NCBI GenBank assembly: GCA_001940985.1
Contig: MSHB01000021.1
Coordinates: 148,446-212,445, forward strand
DNA: 64,000 nt
Origin: Mollicutes bacterium Phil14
GTDB lineage: Bacteria > Bacillota_I > Bacilli_A > ML615J-28 > CAG-698
Direction: 5' to 3'
Of the stretch, positions 38,448 through 48,396 are shown in pieces. The position numbers were made by a program, and so were the translations under genes. A model generated the notes under the pieces. It searched no databases, had not been told where the DNA came from, and saw nothing but the letters and a program-made list of their open reading frames with translations. How positions within the stretch are numbered: position 1 is the stretch's first letter; every line of letters begins with the position of its first letter.

Positions 38448-39080
38448 ATGAATTCATATTTTTCGAAATTTAATAAATTTCCTAATAACAAATTGATTAG
38501 GGATATGAGAAGTTACGCTGAAAAGGAAAAAGTTCCTATTATTCAAGATGAAGGGTTAACTTTTTTGCTTTTTTTAATAAAAACTAAAAAAGTGAGAAAT
38601 ATTTTAGAGATAGGTACTGCTATTGGATATAGTGCTATAAATATGGCGATGCAAAGCCTTGATATTAATATAGATACAATTGAGAGAAATGAAGAAATGT
38701 ATAATCAGGCTATAAGAAATATTAAAAAAGCTAAAATGACTGAAAGAATAAATGTTCATTTTAAAGATGCACTAGAAGTTGACATTAATGAATTTAATAG
38801 AAAATATGATTTAATATTTATTGATGCAGCTAAGGCCCAATACATTAAATTTTTTACTTTGTACGAACCACTACTATCTGATGATGGAGTTATTTTTACT
38901 GATAATTTGTTATTCCATGGGTTAGTTAATAATAGTGAAAGAATAGAAAGTAAAAATTTGCGTAATTTAGTAACTAAAATTGAAAACTACAATGAGTGGT
39001 TGGCGAATAATGAAAAATATGATACAAGTTTCTTTTCAATAGGAGACGGAATAGCGGTAAGCGTGAAGAAGAATGGCTAA
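38448..39080 (+). CDS. trmR: class I SAM-dependent O-methyltransferase, YrrM/TrmR-like (tRNA ho5U methyltransferase family)
   Basis: O-MT family 3 motifs (ILEIGTAIGYS, FIDAAK); followed by two U32-peptidase-family genes as in B. subtilis yrrMNO. Confidence 0.65.
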   Translation: MNSYFSKFNKFPNNKLIRDMRSYAEKEKVPIIQDEGLTFLLFLIKTKKVRNILEIGTAIGYSAINMAMQSLDINIDTIERNEEMYNQAIRNIKKAKMTERINVHFKDALEVDINEFNRKYDLIFIDAAKAQYIKFFTLYEPLLSDDGVIFTDNLLFHGLVNNSERIESKNLRNLVTKIENYNEWLANNEKYDTSFFSIGDGIAVSVKKNG

Positions 39081-39957
39081 AATTTATGTCGATTTAAAAA
39101 GAGAAGCCAATCTTTCAGAATATAAATGTGATGGATTTATTATTAATTCTTCTGAATTTTCATGCTATAATGGAGAGACTTTTTCTTTAGAAGAAGCATT
39201 AGAATTAAAAGAATTAGTAAAAAAAGAAAATAAAATTGTAATTCTAAATATTGATATGATTATTTCTGAAGATGATTTAGAGGCGCTATTAGAATACTTA
39301 GATAAAACTTATAAAGAGTTTGATTATTTTATTTATAGTGATATGGCTATTCGCTATTATTTCGAAGAAAAGAACATTGTTAATAAGTTAATATATAATC
39401 CTCAAACGCTAGTAGCTAGTAGTAGTGAACTTACTAGGTATTATGAAAGTGGTATTAATGTCTTGTTAGCTAATGAATTGTCATATGAAGAAATAGAAAA
39501 AATTTGTGATATGTGTGGTAGCTATATTAATTTAGAAGTGTACGGATATCATCAAATGTTTTATTCTAAAAGAAAATTAATTAGTTTATATGATAAGTTT
39601 TTTAGCTTAAATAAAGATTTACATGACAAAGAACTATCTTTAAAAGAAGAACTTCGCAATGAGTTTTATCCAATTTATGAATCAAATAAAGGAACTTTTA
39701 TTTATACTGATTACATATATTGTTTGTTTGATGAATTATTAAAAATAGTTGATAAAGTTAACTTCATAAAAATTAATGGTGTTTTTATCGAAGAAAATGA
39801 TTATTGTAAGGTAGTTTCTTTGTATAACAGGCTTTTAAATGAAAGAGAAAATGTGTCAATCTTATATGAAGAATTGAAAAGGATTAATTCTAACTTGTCG
39901 AAAGGATTTTTATTAAATAAGTCAATTTTATTAAAGGTGAATGAAAATGAGAAATAA
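39073..39957 (+). CDS. peptidase U32-family protein (YrrN-like, tRNA hydroxylation accessory)
   Basis: Overlaps neighbours; divergent U32-like; position in a yrrM-yrrN-yrrO-type cluster. Confidence 0.5.
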   Translation: MAKIYVDLKREANLSEYKCDGFIINSSEFSCYNGETFSLEEALELKELVKKENKIVILNIDMIISEDDLEALLEYLDKTYKEFDYFIYSDMAIRYYFEEKNIVNKLIYNPQTLVASSSELTRYYESGINVLLANELSYEEIEKICDMCGSYINLEVYGYHQMFYSKRKLISLYDKFFSLNKDLHDKELSLKEELRNEFYPIYESNKGTFIYTDYIYCLFDELLKIVDKVNFIKINGVFIEENDYCKVVSLYNRLLNERENVSILYEELKRINSNLSKGFLLNKSILLKVNENEK

Positions 39958-41161
39958 AGTAGAATTATTAGCTCCTGCCGGCGATTTAGAAAAATTAAAA
40001 ATAGCAATAATATATGGAGCAAATGCTGTTTATATTGGTGGAAAAAAGTTCAGCTTGCGTGCTCGTGCTAGCAATTTTACTATTGAAAATATACGTGAAG
40101 CCTGCGCATTTGCAAAAGAACATGGAGCAAAAATTTATGTTACAATGAACATTATTCCCCATGATGAAGATTTAGACGGATTAGAAGATTATTTACTTGA
40201 ATTAGAAAAAGCTCAAGTTACAGGAATTATTGTTTCAAGTTTATATATTGCTAAAGTTGCTCAAATAGTAGCTCCAAAATTGGAATGTCATCTAAGTACT
40301 CAAGCATCTGTTACAAATAGCTTAGCTATAAAGGAATATGAGAAACTTGGTTTTACTAGGGTAGTACTAGCAAGAGAAACTTCATTAGAACAAATTAAAA
40401 AAATAAAAGAAAAAGTTAACGCTGAACTAGAAGTTTTTATTCATGGTGGTTTATGTGTTTCATATTCTGGTCGTTGTATGCTTTCTAATCATTTAACTAA
40501 TCGTGATGCTAATCGTGGTGGCTGTGCCCATTCTTGTAGATGGAATTATGATTTGTATGATAGAGATAATAAAATTAACCCTGAAGGATTTTATTTTAAC
40601 ATTGGCTCAAAGGATCTAGTCGGCATTAGACACTTGTTTTCGCTATTAGATATTGGTGTTGCTTCTTTAAAAATTGAAGGTAGAATGAAATCACTTTACT
40701 ACATAGCAACAGTTGTTAGATGCTACAAGCAACTTATTGATAAATATTATGAATATGTAGATAATTCAGTAGATTTAAAAGGCATTGATTTAGAATATTT
40801 TTATAAAGAAATTGGTAAAGCTGAAAATCGCTTGATGTCTATTGGATTTTTTGATGGAGCTCCAACTTGTAATGAACAATTATATAATATTAGAAGTGAA
40901 ACCCCAACAAAAGAATTTATTGGAATTGTGCTAGATTATGATGAAAAAACTAATATAGCCACAATAGAACAGCGTAATTATTTTGAACTTAATGATAAGG
41001 TAGAGTTTTTTGGTCCTACTTTGGAAAACACAGAAACTACTATTACTGAGTTATATGATGAGAACTTTACTCCGATTGAAGTGGCTAGACACCCTCTTCA
41101 AATTTTAAAGATTAAAGTTCCTTTTGAACTGAAAAAATATGATATGATAAGAAAAATATAA
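39941..41161 (+). CDS. peptidase U32-family protein (YrrO/TrhP-like)
   Basis: Canonical U32 N-terminal motif ELLAPAGDLEKLKIAIIYGANAVYIGG and Cys-rich region. Confidence 0.8.
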   Translation: MKMRNKVELLAPAGDLEKLKIAIIYGANAVYIGGKKFSLRARASNFTIENIREACAFAKEHGAKIYVTMNIIPHDEDLDGLEDYLLELEKAQVTGIIVSSLYIAKVAQIVAPKLECHLSTQASVTNSLAIKEYEKLGFTRVVLARETSLEQIKKIKEKVNAELEVFIHGGLCVSYSGRCMLSNHLTNRDANRGGCAHSCRWNYDLYDRDNKINPEGFYFNIGSKDLVGIRHLFSLLDIGVASLKIEGRMKSLYYIATVVRCYKQLIDKYYEYVDNSVDLKGIDLEYFYKEIGKAENRLMSIGFFDGAPTCNEQLYNIRSETPTKEFIGIVLDYDEKTNIATIEQRNYFELNDKVEFFGPTLENTETTITELYDENFTPIEVARHPLQILKIKVPFELKKYDMIRKI

Positions 41162-41241
41162 TTCATAAAGCTAATATCTTGATTTTAATCATTGATTTTG
41201 GTATAATAGTCATATATTTTATATAAATGGAGGATAATCCT

Positions 41242-41706
41242 ATGAATGGAAAACATCAATTGACTGCTGAAGGTTTAGAATCTTATAAGCAGGAACTTGA
41301 ACGATTACAGACTGTTGAAAGAGCAAGAGTGGTAGAAGCATTAAAAGAAGCTAGAGCTCAAGGTGACTTGTCTGAAAATGCTGAATATGATGCTGCCCGT
41401 GATGAGCAAGCTAGATTAGAGAGCAGAATAAAAGAATTAGAAAATATTATTAAGAATGCTGTTGTTATTGAATCTGACAAAAAGACTAATAATATGGGTA
41501 AGAAATTAAAGATTAAATTTGATGATGGCTTCGTTGAAACTTATACTTTATTAGGTAGTTTAGAAGCTGATCCACTTAATGGCATTATTTCTAACGAATC
41601 ACCAATTGGAAGAGCGATAATTAATTGCAAAAAAGGTGATAGAGTATTGGTTAAAGCTGAAACTGGTGATGAGTTTTATGTTGAAGTACTTGAAATAGAA
41701 CAATGA
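41242..41706 (+). CDS. greA: transcription elongation factor GreA
   Basis: GGAGG RBS; N-terminal coiled coil plus C-terminal FKBP-like domain. Confidence 0.9.
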   Translation: MNGKHQLTAEGLESYKQELERLQTVERARVVEALKEARAQGDLSENAEYDAARDEQARLESRIKELENIIKNAVVIESDKKTNNMGKKLKIKFDDGFVETYTLLGSLEADPLNGIISNESPIGRAIINCKKGDRVLVKAETGDEFYVEVLEIEQ

Positions 41707-41724
41707 TTATCTGAGGAGAAGAAT

Positions 41725-43092
41725 ATGAAATATATACCTAGTTTAGATAAAAAATTTAGTCCATTAATTTTAAAAATTAGAGAATTCAATGAATTAGTTA
41801 AAAAAAATAACGAAACTAATAATTTAACTATTTGTTTAGAAAGAAATCAAGGCTATAATTATTTTTACAATATCGACATTTTTAAAGATGGAACTGGTCA
41901 TGATGAAGAAAATTATGATTTAGTAGAAAGAATTGTAAAATCTCTTTTATGGATTGTTGGTGGATATAAGATTTACGTTTGTGGTTCAAATTATATTTAT
42001 AAGAATCTAAAAGAAGCTTACTCTGAAAAAGGTTCTAGAGCATTCGATGCTGATTTTATGGGAAATGTTTATGAAAATAAATTTGAAGTAGTTGAATGTA
42101 AAAAAGAAGAATTACCAGAGTTGAAAGTTGAAAAAGTTGAACTTAATAGTAATCTAAATGGCTGCCGTATTGGCTTTGATGCTGGTGGTAGTGATAGAAA
42201 AGTTAGTGCTGTTGTTGATGGAGAAGTTTTATTTAGTGATGAAACTGTTTGGTATCCAAAAATCAATGCTGATCCAGAATATCAATATCAAGGAATTTTA
42301 GACTCAATGAAAAAAGCAGCTTCTTATATGCCAAGAGTAGATGCTATTGGTGTAAGTAGTGCTGGTATTTATGTTGATAATAAAATTATGGTTGCTTCTT
42401 TATTCTTGAAAGTATCAAAAGAAGATTTCAATAAACGAGTTAAAACTATGTATATTGATATTGCTAAAGAATTTGGTGATGTACCACTAGTCGTTGCTAA
42501 TGATGGTGATGTTACTGCTTTAGCTGGTGCTATGGAATTAAAAGATAATGAAGTTTTAGGAATTGCTATGGGAACTAGTGAAGCTGCTGGATATGTTGAT
42601 GAAGAAGGAAAACTAAAAGGTTGGCTTAATGAGTTAGCATTTGTTCCCGTTGACTTTAACAAATCTGCTATGGTAGATGAGTGGAGTGGAGACTATGGTT
42701 GTGGTGTTAAATATTTCTCGCAAGATGGTGTAATTAAATTAGCTGAACTTGGTGGTTTTAAATTTGATGATGATTTAGCTCCTGCTCAAAAGTTGAAAGT
42801 AATTCAAAAATTAAATGATGAAGGCGATAAATTAGCCAATGAAATATTTGAAAATATTGGTATATATTTAGGTTATACACTAGCATATTATTGTCATTTC
42901 TACAAGATTAAACATGTTTTACTATTAGGACGTGTTGTTAGTGGTAAAGGTGGAAATACAATTTTAGATGTAGCAAAGAAAGTATTACATGATGAATTCC
43001 CAGAATATAGTAATGTAAATATTATTATGCCTGATGAAAAGAATCGTCGTGTTGGTCAAAGTATTGCTGCTGCTAGTTTACCAAAAATTTGA
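41725..43092 (+). CDS. ASKHA-fold (ROK/BadF-like) sugar-kinase-like protein with ~150-aa N-terminal extension; lacks ROK zinc motif
   Basis: Phosphate-1 GFDAGGS, VANDGDVTALAG, GIAMGTSEAAG; no CxCGxxGC. Confidence 0.5.
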   Translation: MKYIPSLDKKFSPLILKIREFNELVKKNNETNNLTICLERNQGYNYFYNIDIFKDGTGHDEENYDLVERIVKSLLWIVGGYKIYVCGSNYIYKNLKEAYSEKGSRAFDADFMGNVYENKFEVVECKKEELPELKVEKVELNSNLNGCRIGFDAGGSDRKVSAVVDGEVLFSDETVWYPKINADPEYQYQGILDSMKKAASYMPRVDAIGVSSAGIYVDNKIMVASLFLKVSKEDFNKRVKTMYIDIAKEFGDVPLVVANDGDVTALAGAMELKDNEVLGIAMGTSEAAGYVDEEGKLKGWLNELAFVPVDFNKSAMVDEWSGDYGCGVKYFSQDGVIKLAELGGFKFDDDLAPAQKLKVIQKLNDEGDKLANEIFENIGIYLGYTLAYYCHFYKIKHVLLLGRVVSGKGGNTILDVAKKVLHDEFPEYSNVNIIMPDEKNRRVGQSIAAASLPKI

Positions 43093-43107
43093 TTAAGTTA
43101 AGAAAGG

Positions 43108-43139
43108 TAATGATAAGCAATAGCTAAAGCTATTGCTTA
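43108..43139. repeat. Perfect 13-bp inverted repeat ATAAGCAATAGCT-aa-AGCTATTGCTTAT (terminator or operator)
   Basis: Between the ASKHA gene and asnA. Confidence 0.5.
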
Positions 43140-43156
43140 TATTTATAGGTGAGAAT

Positions 43157-44173
43157 ATGAGTTATTATAAAGAATTTGGTTATACAGGAAATAATAAAAA
43201 CAAGTTGGCGTTACTAGATACTCAAAAAGCTATTAAAGTTGCCAAAGATACCTTTGAAAGTAAATTGGCTGATGCGCTAGATTTAACAAGAGTTTCTGCG
43301 CCTTTATTTGTTTATCCTGATACGGGCTTAAATGATAATTTAAATGGAGTAGAACGTCCTGTTTCATTTGATATTTTAGATACAGGTAAGAAGGCCGAAA
43401 TTGTTCACTCTCTTGCTAAGTGGAAACGTATGGCATTAGGTAAATACCAATTTCCAATAGAAAAAGGATTATATACAGATATGAATGCCATTAGACGAGA
43501 TGAAGAAATGGATAATTTACATTCAATTTATGTTGATCAATGGGATTGGGAAAAGAATATTTCAAAGGATGATAGAAACATTGATTATTTAAAAAATACT
43601 GTTAAAAGAATAGTGCTTTGTCTATCTGAAACTAAAAAACATATTAACCGAATGTTTCCTAGTTTAAAGTTAGAATTTTGCGTGGATGTATATTTTATAA
43701 CAACTGAGGAACTATTAAAAAGATATCCTAATTTATCAAGTAAAGAAAGAGAAGATGCTATATGTAAAGAGTATAAAACTGTTTTTTTAATTGGTATTGG
43801 TGATAAACTTTCAAATGGTAAGGTTCACGATAAAAGAGCTCCTGACTATGATGATTGGAAATTAAATGGTGATATTTTAATTTGGTATGAACCCCTTAAT
43901 AGGGCAGTGGAAATATCCTCTATGGGAATTAGAGTTGATAAGGAATCATTATTGTATCAATTAAATGAAACTAACGCTTTAGATAGAAAGAATCTTCCTT
44001 TTCATCAATCGGTTATTAATGAGACAATACCATTTTCAATGGGCGGAGGAATTGGACAATCACGAATATGTTTAGTTATGTTAGAAAAATTGCATATTGG
44101 TGAAGTTCAAGCATCTATTTGGAAAGATGAAGATATTAAAGATCTTAAAAAGCTTGGTGTAGAATTGCTTTAG
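43157..44173 (+). CDS. asnA: aspartate--ammonia ligase (asparagine synthetase A)
   Basis: Recalled E. coli AsnA blocks match (VHSLAKWKR, SMGIRVD, GGGIGQSR). Confidence 0.85.
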   Translation: MSYYKEFGYTGNNKNKLALLDTQKAIKVAKDTFESKLADALDLTRVSAPLFVYPDTGLNDNLNGVERPVSFDILDTGKKAEIVHSLAKWKRMALGKYQFPIEKGLYTDMNAIRRDEEMDNLHSIYVDQWDWEKNISKDDRNIDYLKNTVKRIVLCLSETKKHINRMFPSLKLEFCVDVYFITTEELLKRYPNLSSKEREDAICKEYKTVFLIGIGDKLSNGKVHDKRAPDYDDWKLNGDILIWYEPLNRAVEISSMGIRVDKESLLYQLNETNALDRKNLPFHQSVINETIPFSMGGGIGQSRICLVMLEKLHIGEVQASIWKDEDIKDLKKLGVELL

Positions 44174-44179
44174 TTAAAT

Positions 44180-44225
44180 TAAGTATTAATTATTTGCTGT
44201 GATAATTAATACTTTTTAATTTTAT
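44180..44225 (+). terminator. AT-rich terminator hairpin after asnA
   Basis: AAGTATTAATTATT-tgctgtgat-AATAATTAATACTT + T-run. Confidence 0.5.
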
Positions 44226-44279
44226 GATTGAAAAAAAATTATTTTTAGTTTATAATGGCAATGAATGCGAGGTGCAATG

Positions 44280-46856
44280 ATGAGAGAAAGAAGAACAAAT
44301 TTATATTTAGTTAATTTGGCAAAAATACTTAATATTTTTCTATTACTTTTTACCCTAATAGGAATTAGTTTTGGTCAGATTAATATTGGTAATAGTTCTT
44401 TAATTGTTTCTGCAGATACGGTTGATGATTATTATGCAAAATTAGACACTTCAAAAGTAGGAAAAGATTTTCGAAGTGAATTAGCAGAATTAATTACAAT
44501 AACTCATACTAAAGAAACTACATATAAAGGACTTGCTCAGGTATTTAAGGTTGCCGATGCTGACCCAGATAAACCAGGTAACATTATTTGGTTTTATAGC
44601 GGTACGTCAACTTCATTTTCTGGTTTTGGTTCTGGTAATGGTAGTACTAATAGAGAACATGTTTGGCCTAAAGATGGTGGTAGAGCTTTTGATGCTAATT
44701 CAAGAGCTGGATCTGATGGACATCACTTACGTCCAACTGAAGCCCAACTTAATTCAACAAGAGGAAGCTTGAGTTTTGGTATTGTTCCGCAAACTACTGC
44801 TAATATTGTTAAACAAAATGGTTCTACAAATTATGAGAATTTATGTTATAAAGCTAATGGTTTGTTTTATCCAGGTGAGGGGTATCGCGGGGCAACAGCA
44901 AGAATCTTGATGTATGTTCAAACAAGATGGGGAGATACTTTTAATCTTAAGTTTGTTGACTCTGCAGGTTCATGCAAGACTATAGGAAAAATATCTGATT
45001 TATTGCGCTGGCATTTAGAAGAACCCGTAACAGAAGCCGAAATTGCAAGAAATAATGCTGTTTATAATATTCAAGGCAATAGAAATCCTTTTATTGATCA
45101 TCCTGAATATGCTACAAAAATTTATTGCTATGATGGCGAATCATATAATAGTGCTTTACAAAAAGTTTCCAAAGAAGTTGGTGACTATGACAATCCTAAT
45201 CCATCAGTTAAATTAACTGAATTAAGCATTAATGGTACTGCTAACAAATTAGAATATACAGCTGGTGAAAAATTTGATCCAGCAGGATTAAGTGTTGTTG
45301 GTAAATATTCTGATGGTAGTGTTAAAACTTTACCAAATTCATATTTTAAATGGTTGGATGGTACAAATTATTCACAAACACTACAAGAAGGTACTACAAC
45401 AGTTAAATGTGTTTATGGAACACTAGAAGCAACATATTCTGGTATTACAGTAAAGGAAAATACTAACATTCCAATTGGTCCTACGACTGGAAGTTGGAAA
45501 CTAGTAACGGATGTTGGAAGTCTGAAAAATGGAGATAAAATTGTTATTGTTTCTCAAAGTGAAGGAAAAATCGCTGGTGAACTTTCGGGTACGTATTTGA
45601 AATCGGTAGATGTTACTTTTTCAGATACTGATAAAAAGGTGATTTCTACAATTCCAAATGAAGCGTTGATCTTAACTTTGAATAAAGTTGGAAATAATTG
45701 GGAGCTAGTTACTGAAAGTGGAAAGAAACTAGGAGCTACTGATGTTAAAAAATTAAGTCTTGGAAGTGGTGATACTAATTGGGGTATTAGTATATCTTCT
45801 GATGCTACTGCAACAATTCAAAGTTCTACTAACAAGTATGGAAGATTTTTATACAATGTAACTGCACCACGCTTTACTACATATTCATCTACAACTAGTA
45901 AAAGTATGTTGTTACCACAAATCTATAATAATTCCGAAGGTGGCCAAGATACACCTCATGTTTGTTCATTTGATAAGATGGTAGTATCTGATGCATATAA
46001 GGCAAGTGAAGCTACCTGTACTAAAAAAGGTACTTATTATTATAGTTGCGCATGCGGTAAAAAAGGTACAGAAACTTTTGAAGGTGGAGACCTTTTGCCA
46101 CATTCTCAAAATAAAGTTGTTTCAGATAAATTTAAAGCAAGTAATGCCACATGTAGTAAAAGAGCTACTTATTATTATAGTTGTGAATGTGGTTATATTA
46201 GTTCAAATACTTTTGAAAGCGGAGAACTTCTACCACATAATTTGGTAATAGATGAAGCTAGAGAAGCCACATGTACTAGAACTGGTTTAACTAGGGGAGA
46301 ACATTGCTCAGTTTGTAATACTGTAACAGTCAAACAAATTGTTCTTGATAGATTACCTCATGATTATGTTTGGATAATTGATAAAGTGGCTACAATTGAT
46401 ACTACTGGTTTAAAACATGAAGAGTGTAGTAATTGTAAGATTAAACGTAATGAAAATACTATTATTGATAAACTAACTCATGTTCATGAAATGAATTTCT
46501 TTGAAGGCGTTAATGCTACTTGCGATGCTGATGGTGTAAAAGCCTACTACTTATGTACGATTTGTGATAAAAAATATTTTGATATTGATGGTAATATCGA
46601 AGCTTCTGATCTTACAATAAAAGCTTTAGGTCATAAGTGGAAAGACGCAACATATGAGTTTGATTTTGGCAGTGGAAAATGTTATGGTGTTTCTGTTTGC
46701 AAACATGATAGTAACCATTTTAAAAAAGCAGAGGCTGATCTTGTTAAAACAGTTATTCAGAAAGCAACTTGTCAAGATATGGGAATAGAACTATATAAAG
46801 CTATATTTACTGAAGAGGCATTCACTTCACAAGAAAGCTATCACTGTTACTATTAA
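44280..46856 (+). CDS. large secreted endonuclease I (EndA/NucM-family) protein with Ig-like region, duplicated ~160-aa module and four Cys-rich C...C.CG modules
   Basis: Signal/anchor peptide; Endonuclease-I motifs (NREHVWPK, GYRGATARILMYVQTRWGD, NRNPFIDHPEY); repeated CxxxGxYYYSCxCG modules. Confidence 0.8.
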   Translation: MRERRTNLYLVNLAKILNIFLLLFTLIGISFGQINIGNSSLIVSADTVDDYYAKLDTSKVGKDFRSELAELITITHTKETTYKGLAQVFKVADADPDKPGNIIWFYSGTSTSFSGFGSGNGSTNREHVWPKDGGRAFDANSRAGSDGHHLRPTEAQLNSTRGSLSFGIVPQTTANIVKQNGSTNYENLCYKANGLFYPGEGYRGATARILMYVQTRWGDTFNLKFVDSAGSCKTIGKISDLLRWHLEEPVTEAEIARNNAVYNIQGNRNPFIDHPEYATKIYCYDGESYNSALQKVSKEVGDYDNPNPSVKLTELSINGTANKLEYTAGEKFDPAGLSVVGKYSDGSVKTLPNSYFKWLDGTNYSQTLQEGTTTVKCVYGTLEATYSGITVKENTNIPIGPTTGSWKLVTDVGSLKNGDKIVIVSQSEGKIAGELSGTYLKSVDVTFSDTDKKVISTIPNEALILTLNKVGNNWELVTESGKKLGATDVKKLSLGSGDTNWGISISSDATATIQSSTNKYGRFLYNVTAPRFTTYSSTTSKSMLLPQIYNNSEGGQDTPHVCSFDKMVVSDAYKASEATCTKKGTYYYSCACGKKGTETFEGGDLLPHSQNKVVSDKFKASNATCSKRATYYYSCECGYISSNTFESGELLPHNLVIDEAREATCTRTGLTRGEHCSVCNTVTVKQIVLDRLPHDYVWIIDKVATIDTTGLKHEECSNCKIKRNENTIIDKLTHVHEMNFFEGVNATCDADGVKAYYLCTICDKKYFDIDGNIEASDLTIKALGHKWKDATYEFDFGSGKCYGVSVCKHDSNHFKKAEADLVKTVIQKATCQDMGIELYKAIFTEEAFTSQESYHCYY

Positions 46857-46947
46857 AGTTGGCGATAAAGAAATTCAATGCTTTAGATTAGCTGGTGGTG
46901 GAATAGAAAACTTAGCGGTTTGCGATAAGATAACTGTTTCTGGTGAG

Positions 46948-48345
46948 TTGATAGATTATAATGGAACAAAAGAATTTGGCGCAAATTGTCAACTTGTTTC
47001 TGTAGAAGCAAATCAACACAATTATGGAATATTTGTTGATGAAGTTCCTGCTACTTGTAAACAAGAAGGTGAACTAGGACACTATCATTGTGATTTATGT
47101 GGTAAAAACTTTGATGTTAATAAAGAAGAATTAGAAACTATCGTAATTAAAAAACCAGCACATAATTTTGTTGATGGTGAATGTACAGCTTGTGGAGAAA
47201 AAGAAGGAACACAAGTTACATCAAAATATACAAAAGTTGCTGATGCTAGCACACTAAAAGCTGGAGATCAAATTGTGTTTGTTTGTGAAAACAAAAAAGC
47301 TGTTATTGGTGCATTTGGTAAAGAAAAGTTCTTTACTAGCATTAGTTATGCTGAAAATATTGATGATGCTGATAATGTAATTATAATTACATTGGGTGGC
47401 AGTGAAGGTGCTTGGACTTTTACTACTAGCGAAGGTCTAATTGGAACAAGTGCTGCCAAAGCCTTGAATTGTAAAGGAAATGGTACTACTACATGGACTA
47501 TTTCTATTGGTGCTGATGGCAATGCTACAATAACTTCTACAAATACTAGTTATGGTAAAATTTTGTACAACTCTGGTAGTCCGAGATTTTTGAATTACAC
47601 ATCTAATGTAAGTGCTAGTATGCTATTACCTCAAATATATAAATACGAAAGTAATGCTACAAGTTGTGAACATGATTATGGCACACTAATTGCTGAAATT
47701 CCAGCCACTTGTAATGCAGAAGGTACAATCGCTCACTATGAATGTTCAAAATGCCATAAATATTTTGATGAAAACAAAAATGAAGTTGATTCATTAACTA
47801 TTGAAAAATCAAGTAATCATAATTTTGTTGATGGTGAATGCACTGCTTGTGGAGAAAAAGAAGCGAAAAAAACTTTGAGTGCTGATTTTACTACTAAAGA
47901 GTCAAAAAATAATAATTACACTGATTCTTGGGAATATGGTGGCTTTACTATTATAGGAGCTGCAAATAATAATGGCGGTTGGGCGTTTGTAAAGTTTGGT
48001 GGAAATGCTACAAACCTTGGAAAATGTAATCCTGTATATATTGTAACTACTGATGAGATTAATTTTGCAGTTAACGAAATTACTGTTAGTATAATTGATG
48101 GTTCATTAGCAAAAAACGGTATGAAAGTAAATTCTTGGGGCGTTAAAGTGCAAAATGCAAGTGGTAATTTAGTTGACACTGTTTATGGTGGTACAATTAC
48201 TAGTAAGGCTAACATTTATTCATTTAAAGCAAGTGATGGTGTTACTTGGGAAAAAGGCTATATATATACTGTATTCTTTGATTTGAGTAATACTACAAAA
48301 ACTAATGGTGTTATTTTGGTTGATAAAATTACACTTAGTGAATAA
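46948..48345 (+). CDS. downstream portion of the nuclease locus (shares the ...MLLPQIY module and Cys-rich modules with upstream ORF); likely same gene disrupted by a frameshift
   Basis: No ATG/RBS of its own (TTG 46948); its frame is open back to 46783, overlapping the upstream ORF end; homologous modules in both ORFs. Confidence 0.5.
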   Translation: MIDYNGTKEFGANCQLVSVEANQHNYGIFVDEVPATCKQEGELGHYHCDLCGKNFDVNKEELETIVIKKPAHNFVDGECTACGEKEGTQVTSKYTKVADASTLKAGDQIVFVCENKKAVIGAFGKEKFFTSISYAENIDDADNVIIITLGGSEGAWTFTTSEGLIGTSAAKALNCKGNGTTTWTISIGADGNATITSTNTSYGKILYNSGSPRFLNYTSNVSASMLLPQIYKYESNATSCEHDYGTLIAEIPATCNAEGTIAHYECSKCHKYFDENKNEVDSLTIEKSSNHNFVDGECTACGEKEAKKTLSADFTTKESKNNNYTDSWEYGGFTIIGAANNNGGWAFVKFGGNATNLGKCNPVYIVTTDEINFAVNEITVSIIDGSLAKNGMKVNSWGVKVQNASGNLVDTVYGGTITSKANIYSFKASDGVTWEKGYIYTVFFDLSNTTKTNGVILVDKITLSE

Positions 48346-48396
48346 TTAGTAATTATTTGACAGTCCTAAAAAAAGATGATATTTCGGTATCATCTT

